A stretch of DNA of 64,000 nt, taken from positions 46,891 to 110,890 of the forward strand of contig JAVVEF010000001.1 of NCBI GenBank assembly GCA_032251275.1, written 5' to 3'. The stretch is from Lutibacter sp. Its GTDB lineage: Bacteria; Bacteroidota; Bacteroidia; Flavobacteriales; Flavobacteriaceae. The position numbers were made by a program, and so were the translations under genes. Shown here piece after piece: positions 48,376-57,967 of the stretch; position 1 is the first letter of the stretch; each line of letters begins with the position of its first letter. A model generated the notes under the pieces. It was not told where the DNA came from. It did no database searches and saw nothing but the letters and a program-made list of their open reading frames with translations.

Positions 48376-50220
48376 TTATTTACTCAATGCTTTTAAAATG
48401 CGTTCCTCATTAATCAAGATATCACGAAATAATACGTGAGGAAATTCCTGGTATTTTGACGTTTTAAATGAATCAAATATATGTGATAGCGTTGAAGCGG
48501 AAATTAATGATAAATTCATTTCGGTGTCCATTTCACAATCGGTCACAAAGTCATCACTAAATTCTGGAGCAACCAGTAATATTTTTACAATTCTCAAATT
48601 ATTTTTTAAAGCTAAATTTTGATATGATTTTAATTGTCTTGAAACAGCACTGAACTTATTATAGCCCTTTTCTTTGCTGGTTTTGCACTCAACAATAATA
48701 ACTTCGTTGTTTCCAAGATTTAGCAGAATATCAATCATATCTTTATTTGTATTCAATTGATTTTTAAATTTTTCGTCCACATTAAATCCTAAACCTTTAA
48801 AAATTAATTTGGTTAGCTCTTCAAATTTTAAACCTATCTCACTTTCTTTTATTGAAATTCCGTTCTCTTTTAATAAGTTTAAATTTCGATAGCCAACATT
48901 TTCATAATTCTCCAAATATAAATTTTCAACATCTTTATAATGTTCTAATATGTTGAAAAGGTCATCGCCTCGTTGCTTTATCCCATTATCTTTTATGAAT
49001 TTTGAGATGTCTTCTTTAATTATTAAATCCAAAATATCTCTTGGTTTGATATTATAATCAAGCAGAAAACTGGCCTTTAAAACATATTCATCTTCAAGTT
49101 CATAATGGTCTTTTAGTTGTTTGTTTAAATTTGGTAGCGATTGGTTAAGTTCTGTTAACAATTTTTCAAAACCATCAAGTGAAATGCCAACTTTTTCATC
49201 TTTTTCAACATTTTCAAAATATTCTATTAAGCTGTTAATTTTGTCTTCTAAGGTATTTCCTTTTAAGTTATTTATATTTAGTCCTTTTTCACAAAGTTCG
49301 TTTAGTGTTTTTTTCTTTTCAGATATTGTAATTCCATCTTTGTAAATTTCAGACGCAAGTAAGCTTCTAAACGAAACACCTTCTTTAATGATTTCTTCAA
49401 TTTTTTCAGAATAGGATAATTTTCTGTCAATATTGTGGTTTTTTGCAATTTGATTTATTATTGGCTCTCTTAATAATTTTAATGTTCTTCTACTGAATTT
49501 TTCAGCAACTTCTTTTTTTCTTATTTTTCTTAAAAGCCTAACCATTTCATCCGCAACATAAATTGTACTGTCTTTTTTTGTGTAAAAAATAACACCGATG
49601 TTTTTTAAGCTATTAATTAGATCGTGTATATCTAATTTTTTAATTGGCAGAATTGTGTAATTAATTAGTTTAATTTCTTCTTGTGATAGACCGAGCTCTT
49701 TTGAAAGCGTTAAAATTATGGATAGCTCATCTGAAGTTATTTTTGATTCTCGATTGTTTGCTACATCATTTTTATACGCTGTTGTTAAACACGATTTGTA
49801 AATTCTATAATCGCGTTTTCTCTCAGCACTTAATTCCGATTTTTCATTTTCGAACTCAATATTTAGAAATTTAATTTTTGTGTTTAAATTCTTAATTTCC
49901 TTTTCGTATAATCTTGAAAACCAATCTTGCTTCATTATACAGTTCCCATCACGAATAATAATATCTATTAATATATCTAATTGTGATGTAACTTCTTGAA
50001 ATTCACATTCAATTTGTTTTGAAAAGTCGTTTGAAGTTAGTTCAAAAATATTTGCAACATTTTGATTATCAACAGATTTTAAGCCTTTGTCAACTGATAT
50101 TAAAATTTTTTCTATTTCTTTAATGTTTTTTGGATTTTTTGAAATGATATTGTCAATAATTTTAATAAATGAATTTTTCTCAAGTGAGCCCAGTTTGTCT
50201 AATATCTTTTCTAATTTCAT
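48376..50220 (-). CDS. Hypothetical protein with TerB-like segment and C-terminal PD-(D/E)XK (Mrr-like) nuclease domain
   Basis: KITSDELSIILTLSKELGLSQEE; C-terminal KFEELT...MIDILL...IIVECKT...RQLKSY. Confidence 0.7.
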   Translation of the reverse strand: MKLEKILDKLGSLEKNSFIKIIDNIISKNPKNIKEIEKILISVDKGLKSVDNQNVANIFELTSNDFSKQIECEFQEVTSQLDILIDIIIRDGNCIMKQDWFSRLYEKEIKNLNTKIKFLNIEFENEKSELSAERKRDYRIYKSCLTTAYKNDVANNRESKITSDELSIILTLSKELGLSQEEIKLINYTILPIKKLDIHDLINSLKNIGVIFYTKKDSTIYVADEMVRLLRKIRKKEVAEKFSRRTLKLLREPIINQIAKNHNIDRKLSYSEKIEEIIKEGVSFRSLLASEIYKDGITISEKKKTLNELCEKGLNINNLKGNTLEDKINSLIEYFENVEKDEKVGISLDGFEKLLTELNQSLPNLNKQLKDHYELEDEYVLKASFLLDYNIKPRDILDLIIKEDISKFIKDNGIKQRGDDLFNILEHYKDVENLYLENYENVGYRNLNLLKENGISIKESEIGLKFEELTKLIFKGLGFNVDEKFKNQLNTNKDMIDILLNLGNNEVIIVECKTSKEKGYNKFSAVSRQLKSYQNLALKNNLRIVKILLVAPEFSDDFVTDCEMDTEMNLSLISASTLSHIFDSFKTSKYQEFPHVLFRDILINEERILKALSK

Positions 50221-50591
50221 ATGTTTATTTTTTTGTAGTTTTTTTCAAATTAAAGCCAATTTATTTACCCAACCAAAATACGTACACATAAGGCATCAGC
50301 CCAACAACAATCATTTTATGTGAATATTTAAGCAATTTTTTTAGCAGTCGATCAAATATAGGAAAAATATTGAAATAATAAGGGAAAGTTGAAAAGGGGT
50401 TTTTTGAGAAAAAAGCAAGTTTTTTTTTAATTAAGGATCAATTTGCTTCTGTCATTTCTTTATCGAAATTTCGATTTTATTGCTGGCAGATTTTACTTTA
50501 AAAATGCATCAAAATTCTATTCTTTTTTTTGTTTTTTTGAAGCAAAAAAGAGGGTTATTTTTTGAGTCTTTTTCGGCCATTTTTTAGGCCG

Positions 50592-50661
50592 AGTGTTATA
50601 GTCACTATAACACTACTATAACACTATGTATGGAGTATCTATGGAGTATGTATGGAGTATC
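50592..50661. repeat. 11-bp inverted and direct repeat cluster
   Basis: AGTGTTATAGT-C-ACTATAACACT, a second ACTATAACACT, then TATGGAGTAT(C/G) three times. Confidence 0.85.
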
Positions 50662-50868
50662 CTCCCTTTTGCCTACCTGCAGGCCTTTGTTTTACTGGGC
50701 TTTTTCGATATCCTAAAATTTTATTTTTGACGATTTACAGCATTGAAGGATTGTTGTAGAAATGGCATTTTTTGGCTACATTTTTGGCGCATAATTTACT
50801 TCAAAATTGGAAATTATTTTAACAGAAGTTGTGCTTAAAGACAAATATTGCAAGACGACCATAACAGA

Positions 50869-51825
50869 TTAACGAAGATCGCGTTCCGCCGCTAAAATTT
50901 CATTTACCGCAGTTTGGTAATTTTTGATGCTCCCCGCTTTTTTTATCTTTTTTAAGGCTTTGTGCGGATTTGTAAACAGCACGGAAAAGTATTCCCACAA
51001 ATGGTACATTTTCAATAAAAGATGCGTTGCGCCCGATAACGATTCACTGTAATTTTGGAAAAGCGTGTCGTGAAACGTCCTAAACATTTCAAGTTTGTTT
51101 GCAGGGTATTGTGTGGTATTGTTTTTTATCATACTTGGCAAAAAAGGATCGGCAATCAACCCGCGTCCGATCATCCAGTGGTCAATGCTTGGAAAGCGTT
51201 CCTGCATTTCGTGAAATTTTGCCACCGAAGTTATGTCGCCGTTGTAATATAGTTTCAGGCGGGTTTGGTTTACGCATTGTTGAAAAGCATCCAAATGCAC
51301 GCCGCCTTTGTACAATTGTTTTCCAATGCGGGCGTGGATGGCCACGTTTTTAACGGGATATTTCTCCAAAATGGGCAACACCTGCAAAATTTCATCAGTA
51401 TTTTCATAACCCAAACGCATTTTCATAGAGACGATAATATCCGATTCGGCGTGTACTTTTTCAAGAATTTTGTCAATTCTTTCCGGGTCGCTTATCAATC
51501 CAGAACCCATTCCGCATTTGGTGACCATTGGGTATGGACAGCCTAAATTCCAGTTTAATTCTTTATAACCAAGTTGCTTAACGTAGTTGGCCACGAACAA
51601 AAACTCATCTGCATCGTTGGTGATAATTTGCGGAATCACTTCCAAACCCACATTGTTTTCGGGCAGCAAGTCGCGCTCGTACGCTTTTTTGATCACCAAA
51701 CTTCCGTTTAAACGAATATAAGGCGAATAAAAGGTGTCTATGCCACCAAAAATTGTGTTAAAGGCGTTTCTAAACCGAAAATCGGTAAATCCCTGCAGGG
51801 GCGAAGAGAGCAATGTGTAGTTCAT
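50869..51825 (-). CDS. tRNA-dihydrouridine synthase family protein
   Basis: SPLQGFTD..FR, NWNLGCP, GMGSGL, SMKMRLG, IHARIG and NGDI...MIGRG. Confidence 0.93.
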   Translation of the reverse strand: MNYTLLSSPLQGFTDFRFRNAFNTIFGGIDTFYSPYIRLNGSLVIKKAYERDLLPENNVGLEVIPQIITNDADEFLFVANYVKQLGYKELNWNLGCPYPMVTKCGMGSGLISDPERIDKILEKVHAESDIIVSMKMRLGYENTDEILQVLPILEKYPVKNVAIHARIGKQLYKGGVHLDAFQQCVNQTRLKLYYNGDITSVAKFHEMQERFPSIDHWMIGRGLIADPFLPSMIKNNTTQYPANKLEMFRTFHDTLFQNYSESLSGATHLLLKMYHLWEYFSVLFTNPHKALKKIKKAGSIKNYQTAVNEILAAERDLR

Positions 51826-51880
51826 ATTGTTTTCGATTGCGCAAAGATACGGCTTTAGGATTTTAGAATTACGATATCAT

Positions 51881-51943
51881 ATTTTAGATTTACGATTTAC
51901 GATTTTGGATTTGCTGCACTTCGGTCTTCGGTCTTCGGACTTC
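51881..51943. repeat. Two adjacent heptamer arrays
   Basis: ATTTTAG ATTTACG ATTTACG ATTTTGG (51881-51908); CTTCGGT CTTCGGT CTTCGGA CTTC (51919-51943). Confidence 0.7.
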
Positions 51944-53174
51944 ACCTTTTCTTACCGATCATTTTAACGGAAAACCAGCCGAGCACTAAAATGATGATGC
52001 CCATAAGTCCCCACAACCACATTTTATTTTTGAATAATGGCGCTTTTGTTGTGTCCTTTTTATCAATTTTTTGTTCATTTCCCACCATTAAAACGGTTAA
52101 GGTATCCGGAACTTTGGTAACAAATCGTTCAATATCGTAGTTTGGTTTTGTTGCTTTTTTGTTTCCGTAGGTTAAAAAATAAGTGGCCGGTTCCGTAAAA
52201 CGGACCAGCAATTCGTGCACGTATCCTTTTATGGCAAGTGTTTCAATATTTAAGGGTTCATTGTCCTGGTTTAAAATACTGATTTTTAGTTTTTTCAGGA
52301 TGGTGCTTTCAAATTTGAATTCGTTATTTTCAATGGAATTGAGCGTTCCCGTGGTCAGATTTTCATACAAATAATTCCATCCTTGTTCCGTTTTTACGCT
52401 GTCAGCAACATACTGAATGTTTATCGGACGGTAATAATCGAAAGTGTCTTTCACTTTAATTTGAATGGAACTTACGGCCACAGTCGATTTTAAGTCAATT
52501 TCAAGTACCGTGCGCTGTGCTTGTTTTTCCCTAATTGTTTTAATGTTTGCAATAGCGTAATCCATAAAACCTCCATCGCTAATTTCATTGTAAGTGGCCT
52601 TTACATTGACCAATTCCGGATTTTCTTCACTTTTGATGAGCAATCTGAAAAAATGAAATTTTGCGTTCGGAAAAATGATCTTGGTAAATTGATAATCGGT
52701 TTCGTCATTTTTGATAGACAAAATTCGGTAGTCATCAACCACAGTAAACCATTCCTGTTGATTTTGGCTTCCTTCGAGCGTTACTTTCCAATCAAAATTT
52801 TGCTTGTTAAAATCAAGTTTTAACTGATTGATGGCTTCTTCTGATGGCACTTCTAACGTAAAATAATAGCCATTTTCATTTTGCGTGGTGTTCAAAAATC
52901 TGAAATTCACATCTTTGACAACTATTTTTTCGTCTTTTAATTTCAGCAAGTACGAAGCTTCAATGGTGTCTTTGGCCGAAGTAATTCCAAAAATTCGAAT
53001 ATCGGCCAAATTGTGCACCACTTTTCCGAAGATTTCTTCAGGTAACACCACCTTATGCCAAGTCGCCTTAATTCCCTGCAATTCCCGTTTATAATTGTAT
53101 TGATTCATTTGCGCATAGGAAGAAGAGCAAAACAATATCAGTAAAAAAGCGCTTATTTCAGCTTTCAATTTCAT
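51942..53174 (-). CDS. DUF3999-family protein
   Basis: Signal peptide, LADIRIFG, YFLTYGN...PNYD and C-terminal TM anchor WLWGLMGIIILVLGWF; follows DUF2339. Confidence 0.8.
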   Translation of the reverse strand: MKLKAEISAFLLILFCSSSYAQMNQYNYKRELQGIKATWHKVVLPEEIFGKVVHNLADIRIFGITSAKDTIEASYLLKLKDEKIVVKDVNFRFLNTTQNENGYYFTLEVPSEEAINQLKLDFNKQNFDWKVTLEGSQNQQEWFTVVDDYRILSIKNDETDYQFTKIIFPNAKFHFFRLLIKSEENPELVNVKATYNEISDGGFMDYAIANIKTIREKQAQRTVLEIDLKSTVAVSSIQIKVKDTFDYYRPINIQYVADSVKTEQGWNYLYENLTTGTLNSIENNEFKFESTILKKLKISILNQDNEPLNIETLAIKGYVHELLVRFTEPATYFLTYGNKKATKPNYDIERFVTKVPDTLTVLMVGNEQKIDKKDTTKAPLFKNKMWLWGLMGIIILVLGWFSVKMIGKKR

Positions 53175-55692
53175 CGGAAATATGGTGTTTAAATTTGTTG
53201 TATAAAAATGAAATGATCAAAAGCAATATGCCCAACGACAAAAATACGATGGTTTTTGAAATGGTGTTGAGGTGCGAAATATCATAAAAAAACAGTTTTA
53301 TGAGTGTCACAGAAAATAACGCGATGGCACCAATGCGCAAATGTTTTTTCGTTTTCCAGATTCCTAAAGAAATTAACAATAAGGCATAAACGCCCCAAAG
53401 TATGCTCAACCCAAGTTTGTTGGATTGGGTCGATCCTGCAAGTTCCATCAAGTTGATCAGTTCGCTGCTGGCAATCCATAAAACGGACAAGTGAAGCAAC
53501 AAATCAAACGCCATTTTATAATCAACTTTCATAAATTCCTGGCGGATATAAGCGTAGGTAGCAAAAAGCGCAAGTGCAACAAAAGCAAAGGAAATATACC
53601 TGATGCCAATATTAAAAACGTCAATTTGGTAGTAAACAGCCATCGTTTGCTCTAAATAATTCTTGCGCATTTCACTTAAAATACACAATCCCTGAGTTAA
53701 AAATGACAAAATTGCAATGGCATTAAACCCTAAATTAAGAAGTCCGAACTTTCTGTTTTTTAACTTTTTGATATTCACAAAAGAAAATACCGATAAAAAA
53801 AGTAAGGAATAATTGAGAATCCAGATGGTTTTGAAATTCAGATAATCGTAGTTGAAATGCTGTTCATACTGATGGAGGATAACATTGGAATCCGCATAAA
53901 GCTGATTCCAGTAATTTTCAATTTCCATTCTGAAGGCAAAATAGAGCGTCCCCAAAAGCGCTGCCGGAATCGCAAAAGAAACCAGTTTTTGCAATTCCTT
54001 ATTTGAAATTAAGGCAGATGGATAATTTTTATTGTGATACAGAAAAGTGATAAATCCGAAGGCGGCAATAAATAAAACCGAACTCAGGAAATGGATATTG
54101 AGAAGGGGCGTAATTTTTTCTGATACATCACTATAATAATTTAAATTATAGTCTGTTGACCAATCCTGAAAAATACTGATTACGGCAAGCAGCATTAAAG
54201 GATAGGATATTTTTTCATAAACAGGAATATTTTTTGTTCGGCCAATCCAAAAAAGCAGCGTTGCTTCGCCAACCCATAAAAGGGTTACCCAATTTCCGTT
54301 TAACTGAACAGGAATAGCGATGGTGATAAAAACAAGCACCAAGCCTGCAACAAAATAAAACAGGTTTTTGTCGCCCAGCTTTTGCCGGTAAATAACAAGT
54401 CCAACTATAAAATGCAATAGCGCGTTGCCGAGCGTAAACAAGCCCAATAATTGGGATCCAATTTCGTGGCTGTCCAAAATGGCATAACCAAATCCGTAAA
54501 AAACAAAGGAATTGGCAAGCAATAATAAAATGTCGATAATTTCAAATTTTTCCTTTTGAAGCAGTTTAAAAGCGAGAAATGTTGCGTAAAAAGTGGTAAA
54601 AAAGATAAAAATAAAAGTCAGCGCCAATTCATAATGTTCTGCCATTTCATATTTTGAATAGTGCCAGGAAGCAAAAATGAGCCAAGTGAGTGCAAATGCC
54701 GAAAAATAAAGCAGTTTCCAATATTTTTTAAAGGCAATCACAAGAATTCCAATATTGATGATAGTCATATAACTGAAAAGCACGGCCACATTTCCCGAGT
54801 CCTCGCTCAATAAAAAAGGAACTGCGTAAGCGCCCACCAAGCCGATGAGCGCAATAATTTGTTTGTTAAAATTCAAAGCGGCTACAACCGTAAAAACCGT
54901 AAATATTACCATAAAAACAAATGCAATTGTTTGCGGAAACAGTGCGTAAAAACTGAATGCGGCATAGGTCATAAAATACAAAATAGCCATCGCGCCACTT
55001 ACTAAAACGGCACTGAAATTTTCATATTTCTCTTTCAGTTTCAATCCGAAACCCAAGAGCACCAAACCTACCAAATAGCCCAAAATTACCCGCGTTAACG
55101 GACTTATCAATTCGTGTTCTATGGAATATTTTGCGCCAATTCCCACACCAATTACGGTAATGGCTATTCCAATTTTATTGATGAGGTTTTCGCCTACAAA
55201 TTTCTCCCAATCAACAGTAATTTTTGGCAGGTTGGCAGTAGTTGGCTCAGCTGATTTGCTGGTGTTTTGTACAAATTGCGGTTGTGGTTTTTGGGTTGCT
55301 GCAGGTGCTCTTGGAATAGCGATCCACAATACAACATAGGCCAAAAATCCAAAGCCAAAAAAGACGGTTAGCAACAGCCAGATAATGCGTGTTAAAATTC
55401 TGCTGATGCCAAAGTATTGCGCAAATCCAGCGCAAACACCACCTAAAATTCTGTGATTGATATCTCTATACAATTTTTTGGAAGTTGCAGTTGTGGTGTA
55501 TATGGGTTGCTCTTTAACTGGTTCTTCCTTAGGTGGCACATCTTTTTCTGTTGGCTTTTTTTCGGCATCAATGCGAAGTTGCGTAATTTCATCCTTTAAT
55601 TCCTGCACTTCTTTTGAAAAAACGGCCTGTTTTTTTAAAAGTGCATCAAGCTTTCCAAGAAGCAGATCGATTTGGTTTTGATGCTCGCTCAT
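53158..55692 (-). CDS. DUF2339 polytopic membrane protein with an N-terminal PspC domain
   Basis: Coiled coil, PspC KLYRD..HRILGGVCAGFAQYFG...AYVVLWIAIP, then DUF2339 WEKFVGENLINKIG with many TM helices. Confidence 0.88.
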   Translation of the reverse strand: MSEHQNQIDLLLGKLDALLKKQAVFSKEVQELKDEITQLRIDAEKKPTEKDVPPKEEPVKEQPIYTTTATSKKLYRDINHRILGGVCAGFAQYFGISRILTRIIWLLLTVFFGFGFLAYVVLWIAIPRAPAATQKPQPQFVQNTSKSAEPTTANLPKITVDWEKFVGENLINKIGIAITVIGVGIGAKYSIEHELISPLTRVILGYLVGLVLLGFGLKLKEKYENFSAVLVSGAMAILYFMTYAAFSFYALFPQTIAFVFMVIFTVFTVVAALNFNKQIIALIGLVGAYAVPFLLSEDSGNVAVLFSYMTIINIGILVIAFKKYWKLLYFSAFALTWLIFASWHYSKYEMAEHYELALTFIFIFFTTFYATFLAFKLLQKEKFEIIDILLLLANSFVFYGFGYAILDSHEIGSQLLGLFTLGNALLHFIVGLVIYRQKLGDKNLFYFVAGLVLVFITIAIPVQLNGNWVTLLWVGEATLLFWIGRTKNIPVYEKISYPLMLLAVISIFQDWSTDYNLNYYSDVSEKITPLLNIHFLSSVLFIAAFGFITFLYHNKNYPSALISNKELQKLVSFAIPAALLGTLYFAFRMEIENYWNQLYADSNVILHQYEQHFNYDYLNFKTIWILNYSLLFLSVFSFVNIKKLKNRKFGLLNLGFNAIAILSFLTQGLCILSEMRKNYLEQTMAVYYQIDVFNIGIRYISFAFVALALFATYAYIRQEFMKVDYKMAFDLLLHLSVLWIASSELINLMELAGSTQSNKLGLSILWGVYALLLISLGIWKTKKHLRIGAIALFSVTLIKLFFYDISHLNTISKTIVFLSLGILLLIISFLYNKFKHHISDEIES

Positions 55693-55889
55693 AGGATTTT
55701 TTTGTTTTTGGCGATGGCTAATCTTTTATTGGTTCATTAGGAAAATGAAAAAATAATTTTTTGGAGTTGAAATTTGCTTATGTAATATTACAAAAAAAAT
55801 AGATTTCAGGAGCAACTATTCCCCAGTTTTTATGCCATCAGCAATTTGATTGTTGGTTTATGGGACTTAATTCTATTTACAATAGCATC

Positions 55890-55981
55890 TGCGTTAGGGA
55901 TTGCAGTGCAAATCCTTTTTTGAAGCTTTTTCAGCTTCAAAAAAGATTGTAACGGAAAGCCCGACCCAAAGGGTAACGCCC
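55890..55981 (-). repeat. Dispersed palindromic repeat, copy 3 (inverted)
   Basis: Reverse complement GGGCGTTACCC...GGGCTTTC...TTTTTTGAAGCT-N5-AGCTTCAAAAAA...CAATCCCTAACGCA. Confidence 0.75.
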
Positions 55982-56068
55982 TCCAAAAGGCAGGCGCCCA
56001 AAACAACAATGGCTAAATTGCTGTTCTTATTAGAATTAAACCGTTTATGGCAATGGATTTTTAGTAAT

Positions 56069-56545
56069 TTAAAATTTTAATTTTTCAAGTTCCTGTTCGT
56101 AATCATATTGCAGATCTTCGTGTAATGCTAGCATTTTTTTTTCAATGGCAATTATTTCCCTGTCGAATAGGTTTTTTAGTACCGTATTTTTATGGATGGA
56201 AGGTTTAAAATCCTTCAATTTTTTGCAGAAATAGAGGAGAAGCTCCACTTCAGTTTCCTTGTTTTTTGAATAGCGAATGGCAGTTTTAATGTTGCGTAAA
56301 ATTTTGCGAACGCTCTTTTTAATGAAATAATACGTTTTTGTGTTTACGAGTTCAAACTGTTCGTCAATCTCCAGTTTTATGGTGCTGGTGTAACCTTCTT
56401 CATTTGAAGATTCAAACAAAAGATAGGTGAGCAGTTCTTTATTTTCCTTTTTAAATTTCGACAAACGCAAACACAATTCCACCAATTCCTTTTGTGAATA
56501 ATGAGACAATTCTGTTTTGAGTTCTTTTACAGTGACGGCTTTCAT
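56069..56545 (-). CDS. Conserved hypothetical helical protein
   Basis: 158-aa ORF with ELKTEL...LCLRLSKFKKENKELLTYLLFE. Confidence 0.7.
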   Translation of the reverse strand: MKAVTVKELKTELSHYSQKELVELCLRLSKFKKENKELLTYLLFESSNEEGYTSTIKLEIDEQFELVNTKTYYFIKKSVRKILRNIKTAIRYSKNKETEVELLLYFCKKLKDFKPSIHKNTVLKNLFDREIIAIEKKMLALHEDLQYDYEQELEKLKF

Positions 56546-56762
56546 GTGTGCAATTTAGGGAAAGAATGAATTAATTTGTATTCTAAGCCGAAGAATTTTT
56601 GTTAGCTACGTTTTTCTGTTAATCGACAATTATTTACCATTCATCGACACTTAAATTAGACTTGTCGAATTCTTTCATAAAAAACGTAGCAATCTTTAGA
56701 TCTTTGATGATTATTTTTAATTAGGATAATTAGAAATTTTAAAAATAATTAACACACTACTT

Positions 56763-57176
56763 ATGAGAAAAAGTCTGAACATATTACTGGTTGAAGATGA
56801 TATGATAGAAATTATGAAATTTAACAGAACAATTTCAAAATTGGCGTATCTCCATAATATTATAGAAGCTAAAAATGGTGAAGAAGCTTTGGAAATTTTA
56901 TACAACAGTGAATCGTTGCCCGATCTTATTTTGCTCGACTTAAATATGCCTAAAATAAATGGCCTTGAATTTTTAAGCATCATCAGAAATAATGCGCATT
57001 TAAAATATATTCCAACCGTTATTTTAACTTCATCAAGCGACCATAAAGATGTTACAGAATGCCACCAGCTTGGCATTGCTGGTTATTTGGTAAAACCTTT
57101 AAAATTCAGCGATTATTCTGAATCCATTAAAACAGTGCTGGATTACTGGTGTTTTAATGAATTTGTAGAAGCTTAA
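56763..57176 (+). CDS. Single-domain response regulator (Rcp1-like)
   Basis: LLVEDD, LLDLNMPKINGLEFL, VILTSS and YLVKP. Confidence 0.93.
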   Translation: MRKSLNILLVEDDMIEIMKFNRTISKLAYLHNIIEAKNGEEALEILYNSESLPDLILLDLNMPKINGLEFLSIIRNNAHLKYIPTVILTSSSDHKDVTECHQLGIAGYLVKPLKFSDYSESIKTVLDYWCFNEFVEA

Positions 57177-57187
57177 GGTTTAACACC

Positions 57188-57895
57188 ATGTCTCAAAAAG
57201 AACAATTACTTCAAAAATTAAAATATCAAAATGAGCAGTTGGATGACTATGCGCATTTGGTTTCGCACGATTTAAAATCATCGTTAAGAAGCCTTTCGGC
57301 TTTGTTAAGCTGGGTGAAAGAGGATTGTATCGAAAAAAGTGGTAAAGAAAGTGTAGGAAATTTAAACTTGATGGAGGCGAAAATTGAAAAGATGGACAAG
57401 TTTTTAGAAGACATTATTAATTACTCTGAGATTGGCGCTACAAGTCTAAAAACTACGACCATCGATCTGAATAAAAAGGTGTCCAAAATAATAGAAAGCC
57501 TTCATATTCCCCAAAATATTAGCATCGTTGTAAAAGGCGATTTGCCTGTTTTAAAAGGGGATGCAAGACGATTGCGCCAGGTTTTTCAGAACTTAATCAG
57601 CAATGCCGTTAATTTCAATGATAAAGAAAATGGTTTGATTGAAATTGGGGTTGAAGAGGCTGAAGATTTTTATACTTTTTCAATTAAAGACAATGGGCAG
57701 GGAATTCCGCAGGAATATCACGAAAAAATATTTAACACTTTTACCACGCTTGGATATCAGGAGAAATCTACCGGGATGGGACTTTCCATCGTAAAAAGGG
57801 TTTTAGACCTTTATGGTGGTGAAATTTGGGTGGAAAGTGAAGTTTCAAATGGAAGTACATTTTATTTTACCATTTCAAAAAAAGATAATCAATAA
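57188..57895 (+). CDS. Histidine kinase core lacking a sensor domain
   Basis: SHDLKSSLR, QVFQNLISNAVNF, DNGQGIP and TGMGLSIVKR; only about 25 residues precede the H-box. Confidence 0.88.
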   Translation: MSQKEQLLQKLKYQNEQLDDYAHLVSHDLKSSLRSLSALLSWVKEDCIEKSGKESVGNLNLMEAKIEKMDKFLEDIINYSEIGATSLKTTTIDLNKKVSKIIESLHIPQNISIVVKGDLPVLKGDARRLRQVFQNLISNAVNFNDKENGLIEIGVEEAEDFYTFSIKDNGQGIPQEYHEKIFNTFTTLGYQEKSTGMGLSIVKRVLDLYGGEIWVESEVSNGSTFYFTISKKDNQ

Positions 57896-57967
57896 AGCAT
57901 TGATTTTGTTGATAAATTGATATAGAAAATGGGTATATTTACGGTTTAAAACAAACAAAAAACGCCT

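Noticed and set aside
50285-50312. GTTGGGC/GTTGGGT (GTTRRRY) on the minus strand just upstream of the nuclease gene, as a possible integron attC core
   Set aside because: I found no matching RYYYAAC inverse core or attC-like palindrome after the channel gene and no integrase; 7-mers occur by chance
50592-50661. CRISPR array
   Set aside because: The units are 11 bp and contiguous, with no spacers and no cas genes; kept only as a repeat cluster
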